DNA from: a virus
IMG/VR virus record: IMGVR_UViG_3300045988_092736
Span: 43,380 to 107,379 of that record
Reading direction: 5' to 3' (one strand)
Length of the DNA: 64,000 nt
The notes under the pieces: generated by a model
What the model was told of the DNA's origin: nothing
Database searches by the model: none
Seen by the model: only the letters and a program-made list of their open reading frames with translations
Made by a program: the position numbers and the translations under genes
In this document: in pieces, positions 44,657-54,557 of the stretch
Position numbering within the stretch: position 1 is the stretch's first letter
Layout: each line of letters opens with the position of its first letter

Positions 44657-45370
44657 ATGCTAGAATTAAACAGAATATACAATTCCGACTGTATAGAAGG
44701 AATGAAGCAAATAGAGAGTGGGGAGGTGGATTTGATTGTTACTGACCCTCCGTATTGCATAGCCTACAAGACTGGGTGGAGAGCTGACGACCATCGTTTC
44801 TCTAAGGAAATACTCAATGATGATAATGAGCAATTGATTATTGATTATATGAGCGAATGCTACCGGATTTTAAAGGATGATAGTGCTGCTTATATTTTCT
44901 GTAGTGCCAAGACCTTAGACTTTTTTATGCAACAAGCGAGGAATGCAGGGTTTACCATTAAGAATGTGCTCATTTGGCGAAAGAACAACCATACGGCTGG
45001 AGATTTAGAGGCGCAATATGGTCAATGTTACGAGCCAATCCTGTACTTGAATAAAGGCAGACGAACCATAAACGGCAAGCGTTTGGAGGACGTATGGGAC
45101 TTTGATAGAGTTCCATCAGATAAATTGGTACATCAGAACGAGAAGCCAATCCCCTTGCTTATGCAATGCATCTTGAAATCATCGAACGAAGGAGATTTGG
45201 TGTTTGATGGCTTTATGGGCAGCGCAAGTACTGCTCTGGCTTGTATGCGGACAAATCGGAATTACCTTGGTTTTGAATTGGATGAGGATTATTTCAAGGT
45301 GGCACAAAGAAGAATTAAGGAAGAATTGTTTAATCAAAAAGATATGTTTGGATATGCTGGAGTTAAATAG
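44657..45370 (+). CDS. DNA methyltransferase, N6-adenine/N4-cytosine class
   Basis: 'DLIVTDPPY', then 'EKPIPLLMQCI' and 'GDLVFDGFMGSASTALAC'. Start 'MLELNRIY' at 44657. Confidence 0.8.
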   Translation: MLELNRIYNSDCIEGMKQIESGEVDLIVTDPPYCIAYKTGWRADDHRFSKEILNDDNEQLIIDYMSECYRILKDDSAAYIFCSAKTLDFFMQQARNAGFTIKNVLIWRKNNHTAGDLEAQYGQCYEPILYLNKGRRTINGKRLEDVWDFDRVPSDKLVHQNEKPIPLLMQCILKSSNEGDLVFDGFMGSASTALACMRTNRNYLGFELDEDYFKVAQRRIKEELFNQKDMFGYAGVK

Positions 45371-46070
45371 AATTTATCAAGGTGATTGTCGAAAGCTTTT
45401 AAAGCTGATTGATAGTGATAGCATAGACCTCGTATGTTCCGATGTGGCTTATCCGGTTCAGTCTAGGGGTGGCTCAGGGAGTATGGGAGGATATTGGACG
45501 GAATCTCAAACAAGAAAGGGCAAAATATTCAAGAGTAACGATATTGATATTTCGGACTACATCAATGATTTGTACCGGATATTAAAGGACAGGTCGCATT
45601 GCTATCTTATGTGTAATGATTATAATTTAATGCACTTTCTTGATGTGGTAGGAAAGAGTGAGTTCCATTTTACCAAATGCTTAATATGGGATAAGTGCGC
45701 AAAAATATGTGGCCGCTATTATATGGCACAGAAAGAGTATATCATCATGCTACGCAAAGGTGGTGATAGACCGATAAATGAATGTGGTACATCTGACATT
45801 CTGAGTGTTCCTATTCCAACCAACAAGCGCAAGGATAAGGATGGTTTGATTAATCAGACTGAAAAACCTGTAAAGTTGATGGAGATATTAATTAGAAACT
45901 CGACAAATGTTGGTGATGTTGTTCTAGACCCATTCATGGGGAGCGGTACAACGGCAAGAGCTTGCGTAAACCTTGAAAGAAAGTATATAGGCTTTGAAAT
46001 AGACCAGCGTCAAGTAGATTTTGCTAATAACGAATTAAAGAATATGAGTAGGCAGTTAAGTCTGTTTTGA
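45354..46070 (+). CDS. second tandem paralogous DNA methyltransferase (same class)
   Basis: Starts 'MLELNRIYQGDC'. 'TEKPVKLMEILI' and 'GDVVLDPFMGSGTTARAC'. Variant catalytic motif 'SDVAYP'. Confidence 0.75.
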   Translation: MLELNRIYQGDCRKLLKLIDSDSIDLVCSDVAYPVQSRGGSGSMGGYWTESQTRKGKIFKSNDIDISDYINDLYRILKDRSHCYLMCNDYNLMHFLDVVGKSEFHFTKCLIWDKCAKICGRYYMAQKEYIIMLRKGGDRPINECGTSDILSVPIPTNKRKDKDGLINQTEKPVKLMEILIRNSTNVGDVVLDPFMGSGTTARACVNLERKYIGFEIDQRQVDFANNELKNMSRQLSLF

Positions 46071-46074
46071 AACT

Positions 46075-46299
46075 ATGGATATGTGCAAGGTGTTTTGTTG
46101 CAATCCTGTTGTAAGAAATGGGAATAAAGAAACAACGGATGCTCTTATAAGAGCTATGAGAGACGAAGCCTTAAAACGAGGGTTGGTACGTGATGAATTG
46201 ATAGGTTTTTGCAACCGATTCTTGAGAGAAGGCGAAATCAAAGCTTGTATAGAGCATTTGCTAGATAATTTCAAACGTTATTTTTGGAGGTATCATTGA
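46075..46299 (+). CDS. hypothetical protein
   Basis: Intact ORF. Confidence 0.35.
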   Translation: MDMCKVFCCNPVVRNGNKETTDALIRAMRDEALKRGLVRDELIGFCNRFLREGEIKACIEHLLDNFKRYFWRYH

Positions 46300-46300
46300 T

Positions 46301-46930
46301 ATGAGAAGAAGAAAGTTGAACAAGTCTCCAGTGCTAGGCTTCTGCGGATTTGTTATCGGTTACGAGTGCAAGGAAAAGGAAATAAAGCTGATGGAGTGCG
46401 ATAAGGCGCAAGCAGATGCAATCATAGTTCCTCATCACTTTTCACACAAGGTAACGAAGAATAGTTGCTTGAATCTTTTGGTATTGTACAAAGGCAAGAT
46501 TAGGGGTGCAATGCAAATAGGGTATGGAATCCGACCGCACATCAAGACTGAAAAGGGCGAAGTGTTGGATTACCATCAAGTAAGGGAATTTGACAGAATG
46601 TGGTTGTCTGATGATATGCCAAAGTATAGCGAGACGATTTGTCTTTCTCTCTTGCACAAGTATATAAGGGCAACGCATAAGGAAATCAAATACCTTATAT
46701 CTTATGCCGATACGTCCATAGGTAACAAGGGAATAATATATAAAGCTGCAAACTATGAGCATATTGATACCATTAAGGCAGATTTCTATGTATTACCAAG
46801 TGGTGAGCGTGTGCATCCGGTAACTATGTGGCATCGGCACAAGACAAGAGCATGGGAGGTTCTAACGGAACTATACCCAGGAATAAAAAAGGCAGAAGGG
46901 TTTCAACTTAAATTTCTGAAGAAGTTATGA
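46301..46930 (+). CDS. hypothetical protein in the methyltransferase island
   Basis: 209-aa ORF with no motif I recognise, tightly linked to the methyltransferases. Confidence 0.4.
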   Translation: MRRRKLNKSPVLGFCGFVIGYECKEKEIKLMECDKAQADAIIVPHHFSHKVTKNSCLNLLVLYKGKIRGAMQIGYGIRPHIKTEKGEVLDYHQVREFDRMWLSDDMPKYSETICLSLLHKYIRATHKEIKYLISYADTSIGNKGIIYKAANYEHIDTIKADFYVLPSGERVHPVTMWHRHKTRAWEVLTELYPGIKKAEGFQLKFLKKL

Positions 46931-47145
46931 ACAAAAGAAATAAAAATATTCCTTGTCATTTGCATCCAGATCCTGAGCATCGGGTTAGAAAAGGTCAATC
47001 TTGGAAGGCGAAGGTCGCATACGAGACTGAGGATGATGCTTGGGAGTTTCTGAATCATAATCCGAAGTTACGGGCACAAGGTATGGCGGTGTATCGGTGT
47101 AGGATATGCAACAAATATCATATAGGGCACAAGAATAACAAATAA
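46927..47145 (+). CDS. small zinc-ribbon protein
   Basis: 'CHLH...' and 'CRICNKYH' form a C/H ligand set. Confidence 0.4.
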   Translation: MNKRNKNIPCHLHPDPEHRVRKGQSWKAKVAYETEDDAWEFLNHNPKLRAQGMAVYRCRICNKYHIGHKNNK

Positions 47146-47160
47146 AAAATATAAACAGCA

Positions 47161-47442
47161 ATGATAGTAATAAAAATCAAAACATGGAAAGACTGGAAGA
47201 AGGACTTTCTTGATTGGGTGCAAGCACCTCGGCGCAGTACTTGCAAGGAGTACGTAGATTATATGGAGGCTTTACAAAATCAGGTTCTCTACAAAGTAAT
47301 AAACGACACCTGCGATAAATACGGCAATATGCGTGAGGGGCAAATTCAAGGCATCACCGAGGCAGTCGAGAGATGCGTGGCTGAGTGTGCTAAAGAAGCA
47401 CGCAAGTTAATCGATGAATGTCAGCCCGTAAAATTCTTCTAA
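47161..47442 (+). CDS. hypothetical protein
   Basis: Intact ORF. Confidence 0.35.
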   Translation: MIVIKIKTWKDWKKDFLDWVQAPRRSTCKEYVDYMEALQNQVLYKVINDTCDKYGNMREGQIQGITEAVERCVAECAKEARKLIDECQPVKFF

Positions 47443-47525
47443 GGCTGTAACTCTCATTACAAGCAACACAAACTCTACACAACAAGCGCAGTCAGCGTTA
47501 TTTTAAAACATAAATAGTTGAGAAT

Positions 47526-47912
47526 ATGAAAAAAGAAGATAGACTTAAAATATATCGCAAATACGATGGGCATTGTGCTTATTGCGGCAAGAGTATAGAG
47601 TATAAGGATATGCAGGTTGACCATCTTGTTCCGAAGAATCGAGGGTGTTACTCTCGGTGGAGCGACAAGGAGGGAAAGTTTGTCGTATCCCATGGCGATG
47701 ATTCCATGGAGAACTATATGCCATCTTGCAGATCTTGTAATCTTCGTAAGCGTGATATGAGTTTGGAACAATTTCGCTCAGAGATTACTAGACAGGCTAA
47801 AGGATTGCTTAATGGTAAGGCTTCTTTCCAAGTAAAGATGTCGCTTGCTTATGGTTTAATCGAAGAGCACTTTGATAGACAAATTGAGTTCTACTTTGAG
47901 AAATTTAAATAG
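47526..47912 (+). CDS. HNH endonuclease
   Basis: 'CAYCGK...DHLVPKNRG...NYMPSCRSCNLRKRD'. Confidence 0.7.
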   Translation: MKKEDRLKIYRKYDGHCAYCGKSIEYKDMQVDHLVPKNRGCYSRWSDKEGKFVVSHGDDSMENYMPSCRSCNLRKRDMSLEQFRSEITRQAKGLLNGKASFQVKMSLAYGLIEEHFDRQIEFYFEKFK

Positions 47913-47920
47913 TTGAGAAT

Positions 47921-48205
47921 ATGAAGAAGTTTAAGAAGTCGATAGAGATTAGCACTGAGAATATTTCAGACGTTCTTCAAGTGCCAATTGTTACAAGTTT
48001 ATACAAGACTAAGAATTTTAAAAACCCTTGTCTTGAAGGTCGTAGCGTTCCTTATGATACTATAGCAGTGATGTATGTTCATATTGAAGGCTTTGATAGC
48101 GATTTTTGTATTGACCAAGGCAACATTCTCGCTCTTGATATTTGTGATACTTGGTATGCTTTTTCGAGGCATGGATGGGAAGAACATAAAAACGATGAGA
48201 TATGA
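47921..48205 (+). CDS. hypothetical protein
   Basis: Intact ORF. Confidence 0.35.
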   Translation: MKKFKKSIEISTENISDVLQVPIVTSLYKTKNFKNPCLEGRSVPYDTIAVMYVHIEGFDSDFCIDQGNILALDICDTWYAFSRHGWEEHKNDEI

Positions 48206-48609
48206 AGAAGAAAGGATATTACGAATACGACCCTGTTATCTATCCAAGGATGTTGTGTGTCGCTATTGGTATGAACCAAGAGGACGCTAACAAGTGTTTT
48301 GAAGGTAGAAATGGCGGGGTTTTGAGGGTTGATTTCTCTAATGCTGACGCAATAACCTACGATAAAGTTAGAGAAAAATCGAATAAGAAGCTTTGTTCAT
48401 TTATTAATTTTGCAAGCAAGAATTCTATGAGGATGGGAGTTTGTTGCCATGAAGCTTCTCACGCCTGCGATGCCATCGAGGGTGCTATTGGTATGGAGCA
48501 CGGAGGCGAGCCTTCTGCCTATCTGATAGGTTGGATTGCGTCTTGCATCAACAAGGCTCGTTTGGGAATTGGCAATTTCGTTGAAATTAAAGATAAGGAA
48601 GAAAAGTAG
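48202..48609 (+). CDS. small HExxH metallopeptidase-like protein
   Basis: 'CCHEASHACDAIEGAIGMEHGGE': HExxH plus a downstream Glu. Confidence 0.35.
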   Translation: MKKKGYYEYDPVIYPRMLCVAIGMNQEDANKCFEGRNGGVLRVDFSNADAITYDKVREKSNKKLCSFINFASKNSMRMGVCCHEASHACDAIEGAIGMEHGGEPSAYLIGWIASCINKARLGIGNFVEIKDKEEK

Positions 48610-48638
48610 CCCAAAGACAAAATACCCTTGGGTGTTTG

Positions 48639-48680
48639 CCCCATCACTATATATAATAATGTAGTGGTGGGGATTTTTAT
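48639..48680 (+). terminator. rho-independent terminator
   Basis: 'CCCCATCACTatatataataatgtAGTGGTGGGGATTTTTAT'. Confidence 0.55.
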
Positions 48681-48741
48681 GTTAACGTCAGCAAATTATT
48701 TGTTAGCGGTATTATAGAGTGTTAAAAGATAAAAGATATAC

Positions 48742-48852
48742 ATTAAATAATTTGCATGTTTCAAATATTCTTTGTATCTTTGCATCGTAATTAAGAAATA
48801 AAGGTTACTAATTTTAAAAGGTGAGACACACCATAAAAACTGTAAGAAGAAA
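48742..48852 (+). promoter_or_regulatory. promoter-leader cassette family A copy 2 (-7 TATCTTTG at 48775-48782)
   Basis: Near-identical to 27301-27409, including the leader hairpin GGTGagacaCACC. Confidence 0.55.
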
Positions 48853-49227
48853 ATGAAAAAGTTTTTTGAAAACTTATCTGAAAATATTAATGATGCGGCT
48901 TTTGAGGCGCAGCTTGATGATTTTACTTGCGAGTTTGATGCTATTAACAAACCTGCTGAAATCGTGGTGTCCGTTAAGAGTAGAAAGGTTATCCATTCAG
49001 ATGGGAATATTTCTTCTTATCCATATTACAATGTAGATAAGATTAATATCTATGATGAAGACGGAGAAGACGTTTCTTCAAAATATCCTTTGTTCTGCCA
49101 AAGAGTTAAGGATTGCGTGCCTTCTTATAAAGATGTAGAGAATGACTTGACGGAGGCAAATATGAGCGATACCGAGCTTTATTTCGGCTCAGAGGCTAAT
49201 TATTTGCATTACAAGTATGGTAACTAA
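48853..49227 (+). CDS. hypothetical protein
   Basis: Downstream of family A cassette copy 2. Confidence 0.4.
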   Translation: MKKFFENLSENINDAAFEAQLDDFTCEFDAINKPAEIVVSVKSRKVIHSDGNISSYPYYNVDKINIYDEDGEDVSSKYPLFCQRVKDCVPSYKDVENDLTEANMSDTELYFGSEANYLHYKYGN

Positions 49228-49385
49228 ATGGTTTGGATATGGAGTACGAAAATAACTTTGTAGGTCTTTTATCTGTAACTAGTCACGCCCTTGAAATATT
49301 AAGGTATGAACTAGAGTATGGATGGACATTGGCTCTTATGCCAAATGATGTGTGGTACAACTAATTACTTTTAAAATTTCAAATT

Positions 49386-49625
49386 ATGGCATATTATAAT
49401 GTTAGTGTAGATGTATCGGATTTATTCGATGATATGCTCGTCCAAGCACAGAAGAGTTTTCTTATTGACAAGTTTTGTTCTTTAGCAACAGACCAGCAGA
49501 TAGAGGTAGTAAGCGAAATGCTGGAGAACCTTAATGGCGATCAGACAGCTAAAGTTATAGAAGACGCTTTTGACAACTTGCATGAGCGAGCTCAAGAGCA
49601 TGTAATCAACTATGTGAACGAATAA
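49386..49625 (+). CDS. hypothetical protein
   Basis: Intact ORF. Confidence 0.35.
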   Translation: MAYYNVSVDVSDLFDDMLVQAQKSFLIDKFCSLATDQQIEVVSEMLENLNGDQTAKVIEDAFDNLHERAQEHVINYVNE

Positions 49626-49630
49626 AGGCT

Positions 49631-49831
49631 ATGATGTCCGACAAACAATATAGAGTTGCTCGCAAGGGTGTTGTCGAGCAACTTAAATTAGCTCAGAAAC
49701 TTCATTGCAAGCACATGGAGCAGAAGTATAAAGAGGCTTTGGAGAAGTTAGAGAAACGCTTCTTAAAGCCGGATGCCGTGGGATGCTTCAATTTGGGCGC
49801 AAGGGTATCAAATAGTTATTATCATCTTTAA
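49631..49831 (+). CDS. hypothetical protein
   Basis: Intact ORF. Confidence 0.3.
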   Translation: MMSDKQYRVARKGVVEQLKLAQKLHCKHMEQKYKEALEKLEKRFLKPDAVGCFNLGARVSNSYYHL

Positions 49832-50095
49832 ATGGTTAAGGTTATGGCTACAGTAAATTTTGAAATTGGAAATAAAGAGTTTGAGGTACGTTTCATACGA
49901 GAATCAGGTTATCCTCCAACAAAGAATGAACGTGGTTCTTCATTGGTTGAGTATGATGTAACTACATACAAAGATAATCAGCCAATGATAAAGAAGTTCA
50001 ATCAAAAGAGGCGTGTTTATTTTGACCTTGAAGGTAATGTTTATAAGGATAAGCAGAGCAACAAGGTATGGTTCAATCTATATAAAGCAAGCTAA
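49832..50095 (+). CDS. hypothetical protein
   Basis: Intact ORF. Confidence 0.35.
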   Translation: MVKVMATVNFEIGNKEFEVRFIRESGYPPTKNERGSSLVEYDVTTYKDNQPMIKKFNQKRRVYFDLEGNVYKDKQSNKVWFNLYKAS

Positions 50096-50379
50096 TGGTT
50101 ATGGGAACAAAAGTAGAAGTAAGAACTATTCCTTTGCATGGATTGTTTATTCATCGCAAGCAGGTTTGGCGGTCACTTGGTAAGCTTAGAGCTGAAAGCC
50201 ATTCTACGACAGCGCAAAAGGTGTTTATGAATGAGCATGATACCGAGGTATCAACTGAGAATGCTGATTTCATTGATGGCTTGAAAGTCACTCCTTATGA
50301 TGGTGAGCTGCCAAAAATATCAAAAAACGTTGGTAGTATGAGTTACTACCAGTATTGTTTAACGCAAAAATTGGTTTAG
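50095..50379 (+). CDS. hypothetical protein
   Basis: Intact ORF. Confidence 0.35.
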   Translation: MVMGTKVEVRTIPLHGLFIHRKQVWRSLGKLRAESHSTTAQKVFMNEHDTEVSTENADFIDGLKVTPYDGELPKISKNVGSMSYYQYCLTQKLV

Positions 50380-51383
50380 TTATGGAAACTGAGATTAATA
50401 TAGTGGAAATCCTAAAGGATAAGCCGCAAGGAACGAAGTTATATTCTTCCGCTTGTGGTAAATGCAGGTTAGAAGAAGTGGATGATAAAAGTTTCAAAAT
50501 ATCCTTCTATAATTCAAAGTTTGGTCTTATGAACGGTGGAGAAGGGTATCTTGATAAAAATGGCAAATTGTATGATGACGGAGAATGTGTTGTTTTTCCA
50601 TCAAAGGAAATGCGTGATTGGTCTAAGTTCGCTTGGAAGAAGGGAGACGTGCTGGTAAGTAATGATGGTGGCACAGAGGTTATCTTTGACAAATGGTACG
50701 ATGATACCTATACCAATTTCTATGGTAGGCATTACCTTAATAGTGAAGAAAAAAATAATGTTAAGTATAATGAAACTTTCCTTTGTACAACTGAAAGATA
50801 CGCTCTTGAAGATAAGAATGCTGCTAAGACTTACCTCAAAACCATTGAGGAACGTTTGGGTGGAAAACTTAATCTCGAAACTTGGGAAATAGAAAAGCCT
50901 AAGTTCAAGAATGGGGATATAGTAGCCCTTGTGGTACAAAAATGTACACATATTGCTATATTCCAATCGAGACAAGGAGCATATATAGGATTCCATGCAG
51001 TTCTTTGCCAGAATGATGAGCTTCTTCTAGAAGAACCATTCAGAGAAGATGTTGGAGATATTGAACTTCGCCTTGCTACGGACTCAGAGAAGCAGCAACT
51101 CTTTGATGCTCTAGCCAAAGAAGGCAAAGTTTGGGATGCTGAGAAGAAACAGATTGTGGATTTGTCAAAGAAGTGTGAGTTCAAGCCTATGGATTGGTGC
51201 TTGATGAGAGATATTCGTGGAGAAGAATGTTTTGCTTGGAGTCTCTGCCAGTTTGCATATCAACTTAAACGTGGAAAGTATGAAGCTGTAGGAGGTATGC
51301 GTTTTGATGAGTGCATCCCTTACAACGAGGAAACTGCACACCTTCTTGGCACAACTGATGAATGGAAAGGAGGTGAGGGATGA
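50355..51383 (+). CDS. hypothetical protein, paralog of 8672..9682
   Basis: See 8672. Confidence 0.45.
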   Translation: MFNAKIGLVMETEINIVEILKDKPQGTKLYSSACGKCRLEEVDDKSFKISFYNSKFGLMNGGEGYLDKNGKLYDDGECVVFPSKEMRDWSKFAWKKGDVLVSNDGGTEVIFDKWYDDTYTNFYGRHYLNSEEKNNVKYNETFLCTTERYALEDKNAAKTYLKTIEERLGGKLNLETWEIEKPKFKNGDIVALVVQKCTHIAIFQSRQGAYIGFHAVLCQNDELLLEEPFREDVGDIELRLATDSEKQQLFDALAKEGKVWDAEKKQIVDLSKKCEFKPMDWCLMRDIRGEECFAWSLCQFAYQLKRGKYEAVGGMRFDECIPYNEETAHLLGTTDEWKGGEG

Positions 51384-51524
51384 AAATTAAAATAATAGCA
51401 TTATTTACGTCTTTCGCATTTATTAGTGTAGGATTAGGGTTAATATTCGGTTCTGTGGGCGCAGGTATGTTATCATTTGGCATAGCGTCAGCATGGGCTA
51501 TATTTGTTATTGTAGGTACAGGTT

Positions 51525-51878
51525 ATGATAGATGAAAAGAAAATAGAAGAGGCTGCACAAGCTATCTGTTTTGATGATAAGATGTCTTATGACAGTTATT
51601 GTAAAATAGAAGGCTTTAGAAAAGGTGCTGAGTGGGCTATCAACGAGTTTCTGAAGGACTTGTTTTATCCAGCTAGCGAAGTTCCACGTAATGACAACGG
51701 AAAGGTTCTTGCGTTCTCAAGAAAAGTCGGTTTTAGAAAGCTCTACGATATGAACGATGAACTTGATAAAACCACTTGCGATACATATCAAGAAATGTGG
51801 GAAGAGCAAGTCCATATGTTCAAATTGTCTGATTGGATATTCGTAGATGAGTTGTTTGATTTAATTATCAGGAGGTGA
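51525..51878 (+). CDS. hypothetical protein, paralog of 9846..10244
   Basis: 'EWAINEFLKDLFYPASEVPRNDNGKVLAFSRKVGFRKLYDM...TYQEMWEEQV...DELFDLIIRR'. Confidence 0.4.
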   Translation: MIDEKKIEEAAQAICFDDKMSYDSYCKIEGFRKGAEWAINEFLKDLFYPASEVPRNDNGKVLAFSRKVGFRKLYDMNDELDKTTCDTYQEMWEEQVHMFKLSDWIFVDELFDLIIRR

Positions 51879-51881
51879 GTA

Positions 51882-52091
51882 ATGATTAGAGACGAAGCAA
51901 AGATAATTGTAACACCAACTGGTGTATCACTTAAAGAAGCCTTGATTAAAGAAGTAGTTAAGGCACTCGATGAAGAAGCTTCCATCTATAAAATCCCAGA
52001 AGTAAAGCTTGGTGGCAACCCTCCTAGTGGCAAGGAAAGCCGTAGAACTAGGAGAATGTTAGAACTTAGAAAAAGAAAGGGTAGATTATGA
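51882..52091 (+). CDS. hypothetical protein
   Basis: Preceded by 'GGAGGTGAGTAATG'. Confidence 0.35.
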   Translation: MIRDEAKIIVTPTGVSLKEALIKEVVKALDEEASIYKIPEVKLGGNPPSGKESRRTRRMLELRKRKGRL

Positions 52092-52459
52092 TAGACGATA
52101 AGAAAATAGAAGCTGCAAAGGAAGAAATCTATGAAGATAGATTTCTATTAAATGGTGAAGAAGTAGTCTTCGATAATGATGCTAAAGAGGAAATGTTCTA
52201 CAAAGAGGACATCAAAGAAGCTATCGGGCTTGGTGCTAAGTGGGCTATCAATGAGTTTTTGAAGAACTTGTGGCATCCTGCTAGTGAAAAACCTCTACTA
52301 CGAAGTGGAAAATGCTTAGTAGTATACAACGGTGGCACAATTGGTATATTTAAAATATCTTTTGTCTATGAAATGCTTTCTAATTATGGTAAAAATGGTA
52401 TGGGCTGGAAATACTGGTGTTATGTATCCGATTTATTCCCAAAGCAAGGAGGTGAGTAA
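52088..52459 (+). CDS. hypothetical protein, third member of the 9846/51525 family
   Basis: 'LGAKWAINEFLKNLWHPASEKPLLRSGKCLVVYNGG'. Confidence 0.4.
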   Translation: MIDDKKIEAAKEEIYEDRFLLNGEEVVFDNDAKEEMFYKEDIKEAIGLGAKWAINEFLKNLWHPASEKPLLRSGKCLVVYNGGTIGIFKISFVYEMLSNYGKNGMGWKYWCYVSDLFPKQGGE

Positions 52460-52794
52460 TGAAAGAGCTTAAAGATTTAGTTGAGGGCGATGAAGTACTA
52501 GTTACAGGTATGTATCATAGACATATCGCCAAGGTTGATAAAGTGACAAAGACTCAAATTATTGTTAATAACGCTAGATTTAAAAGAGATTCTGGCTGGC
52601 AATGCGGTAGTGATAGATGGAATGTTAGACAAATATCTGTTCCTACAGAAAAGGAAATATCAGATGTTAAAGAAGAGAATCTTCGTAATACTCTCGTCTA
52701 CGCTATCAGTTCTTTTGATTTCAAACGCTTATCAACAGATGAGTTAAAACAAGTGTACAATATTGTAAAAGGCAAAGAAAATGAAAGAAAATAA
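52459..52794 (+). CDS. hypothetical protein
   Basis: Preceded by 'GGAGGTGAGTAATG'. Confidence 0.35.
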   Translation: MKELKDLVEGDEVLVTGMYHRHIAKVDKVTKTQIIVNNARFKRDSGWQCGSDRWNVRQISVPTEKEISDVKEENLRNTLVYAISSFDFKRLSTDELKQVYNIVKGKENERK

Positions 52795-53125
52795 ACACTC
52801 GTTAAAGATAAGTCGTAGCTACTTTGGCGAAACTACCCTTGATGGTTATCCTATAGCTACATATTCAAATGATGAATTAAAGATTCTAAAGAACCTGCTA
52901 GAAAAGGTTCTGTGTGAAGTAAATGAATATATAAAAGACTAGGCGTATGAAACAGAAGTTGAAAATGATATGGCGAATCCTCCGTGACAGACAGGTTGTA
53001 GTAATAACCGAAGACCACGGAAGAATGTACTATAATTGGAGCACTAGAAGTATATCAGACGTACTTCAAATGTGTCACAAGGTATGTGAAATGGCTCTTA
53101 TGATGGATAATAAAAAGTAAAACGT

Positions 53126-53560
53126 ATGGATAAATTAGAATATATTCCAGGAGATATAGTAAAAATTGAATATGGAAAAGCTACTGGAAAAATAGGTTTC
53201 GTAACAATTACTTTTTTAAGAAGAAAAGGTTGCTATAGTCTTGTTGTATTTATTGGTAAAGGGTTTCAAGGTTCTTCTAAAGACGATTGGATTCAAACTT
53301 ATAATGATGAGGTATCTCCGATTCCTCTCACTACTGAGATTCTAGAGAAGAATGGATGGAGAACACAAAACAGATGGTACTATTACTTAGATGTAGCAGA
53401 AGGGTTTATTTCTTATATTGGGATAGACTTTAAGCATAAATCTAATAAAGGTCATCTATATGTAGAGGTTGATGGAAATAATATGGTAGAGATACAATAC
53501 TGCCACGAACTCCAGCATTTTCTCTTCGGTCTAGGACTTAACTCAGAAATGGAGGTGTAG
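53126..53560 (+). CDS. hypothetical protein
   Basis: Intact ORF. Confidence 0.4.
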   Translation: MDKLEYIPGDIVKIEYGKATGKIGFVTITFLRRKGCYSLVVFIGKGFQGSSKDDWIQTYNDEVSPIPLTTEILEKNGWRTQNRWYYYLDVAEGFISYIGIDFKHKSNKGHLYVEVDGNNMVEIQYCHELQHFLFGLGLNSEMEV

Positions 53561-53684
53561 GTATGAGTGTAGCAACACAAGTAAATTACCATTGCCCTTT
53601 CTACGGAAGAAAATGTTACCAATGCGGTTATTGGAATCGTAGAGGAAATGAATGTGAGATAATAACTCATCAAGACAGAAAGAT

Positions 53685-54017
53685 TTGATGTTTAACCTAA
53701 CATTTAAAGATATGACAAAAGAAGAATTAGAAGCAAAGGTTACTAAGAAACAAAATCTTATTAATGCTATAAATGACGAGATTCTTTCTTACGTAACGGA
53801 ATACATTGAGGGCTTACCATACAAGGTTGGCGATAAAGTTAGCTGCTCTAGATGTGATGTTTGTTGGATTGAGACCATCACACCAGAACAATATAATAGT
53901 TACTATACAGGCGATATTGTAATAAGAATCAACCCAGCCAAGAAAGATGGCACTCGCTCGAATAGATTGTTTGTACTATTTGGCATGGAAATCGATAGCA
54001 TCAAGAAGATTGATTAA
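53685..54017 (+). CDS. hypothetical protein
   Basis: Intact ORF. Confidence 0.35.
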   Translation: MMFNLTFKDMTKEELEAKVTKKQNLINAINDEILSYVTEYIEGLPYKVGDKVSCSRCDVCWIETITPEQYNSYYTGDIVIRINPAKKDGTRSNRLFVLFGMEIDSIKKID

Positions 54018-54155
54018 CCATCCTGCAAAGGATATAAATAGATAGTAATATGGAAATAATACCAGCTTGTATCAACTGTAAGCATATAAAACGACAATAT
54101 GGCGTCTTATATTGTGATGTTGATAAGTCAAGAGTAGAAGAATCTGATTGTTGCG

Positions 54156-54557
54156 ATGGTGATAATTGGAATTTTGAAAGTATATTTAAATAAACTAACC
54201 ACCCTCTACTTGGCAACAGGGAGGGGGGAGGGAAGAAGAGAAAATGGAAGTATGGATAAGAAAGAGAAATCAATCAATAGTCATATTGGTAAGGCTATAG
54301 GCTATTCAGATAAAGCTCATTACGAGTTGCAAACCGCTCTAAATATTGCTTTGGAAGGAAAAGGGCTTAGTGACGAGGAAAAGGAACTTCTAAGCGTTGA
54401 CTTTGCAACGGGACCAGAAGAAGCCGTAGAGCGTGTTGCTGATGGTAGTTGTAATGATGAACATACCAGTGCCTGGGATAGCTCAATTAGAGACTGCCGA
54501 ATATCTGAGGTATATCACATGACAGGTGAGCAGATACGTGAATATTTTAATTTGTGA
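54156..54557 (+). CDS. hypothetical protein
   Basis: Intact ORF. Confidence 0.35.
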   Translation: MVIIGILKVYLNKLTTLYLATGRGEGRRENGSMDKKEKSINSHIGKAIGYSDKAHYELQTALNIALEGKGLSDEEKELLSVDFATGPEEAVERVADGSCNDEHTSAWDSSIRDCRISEVYHMTGEQIREYFNL

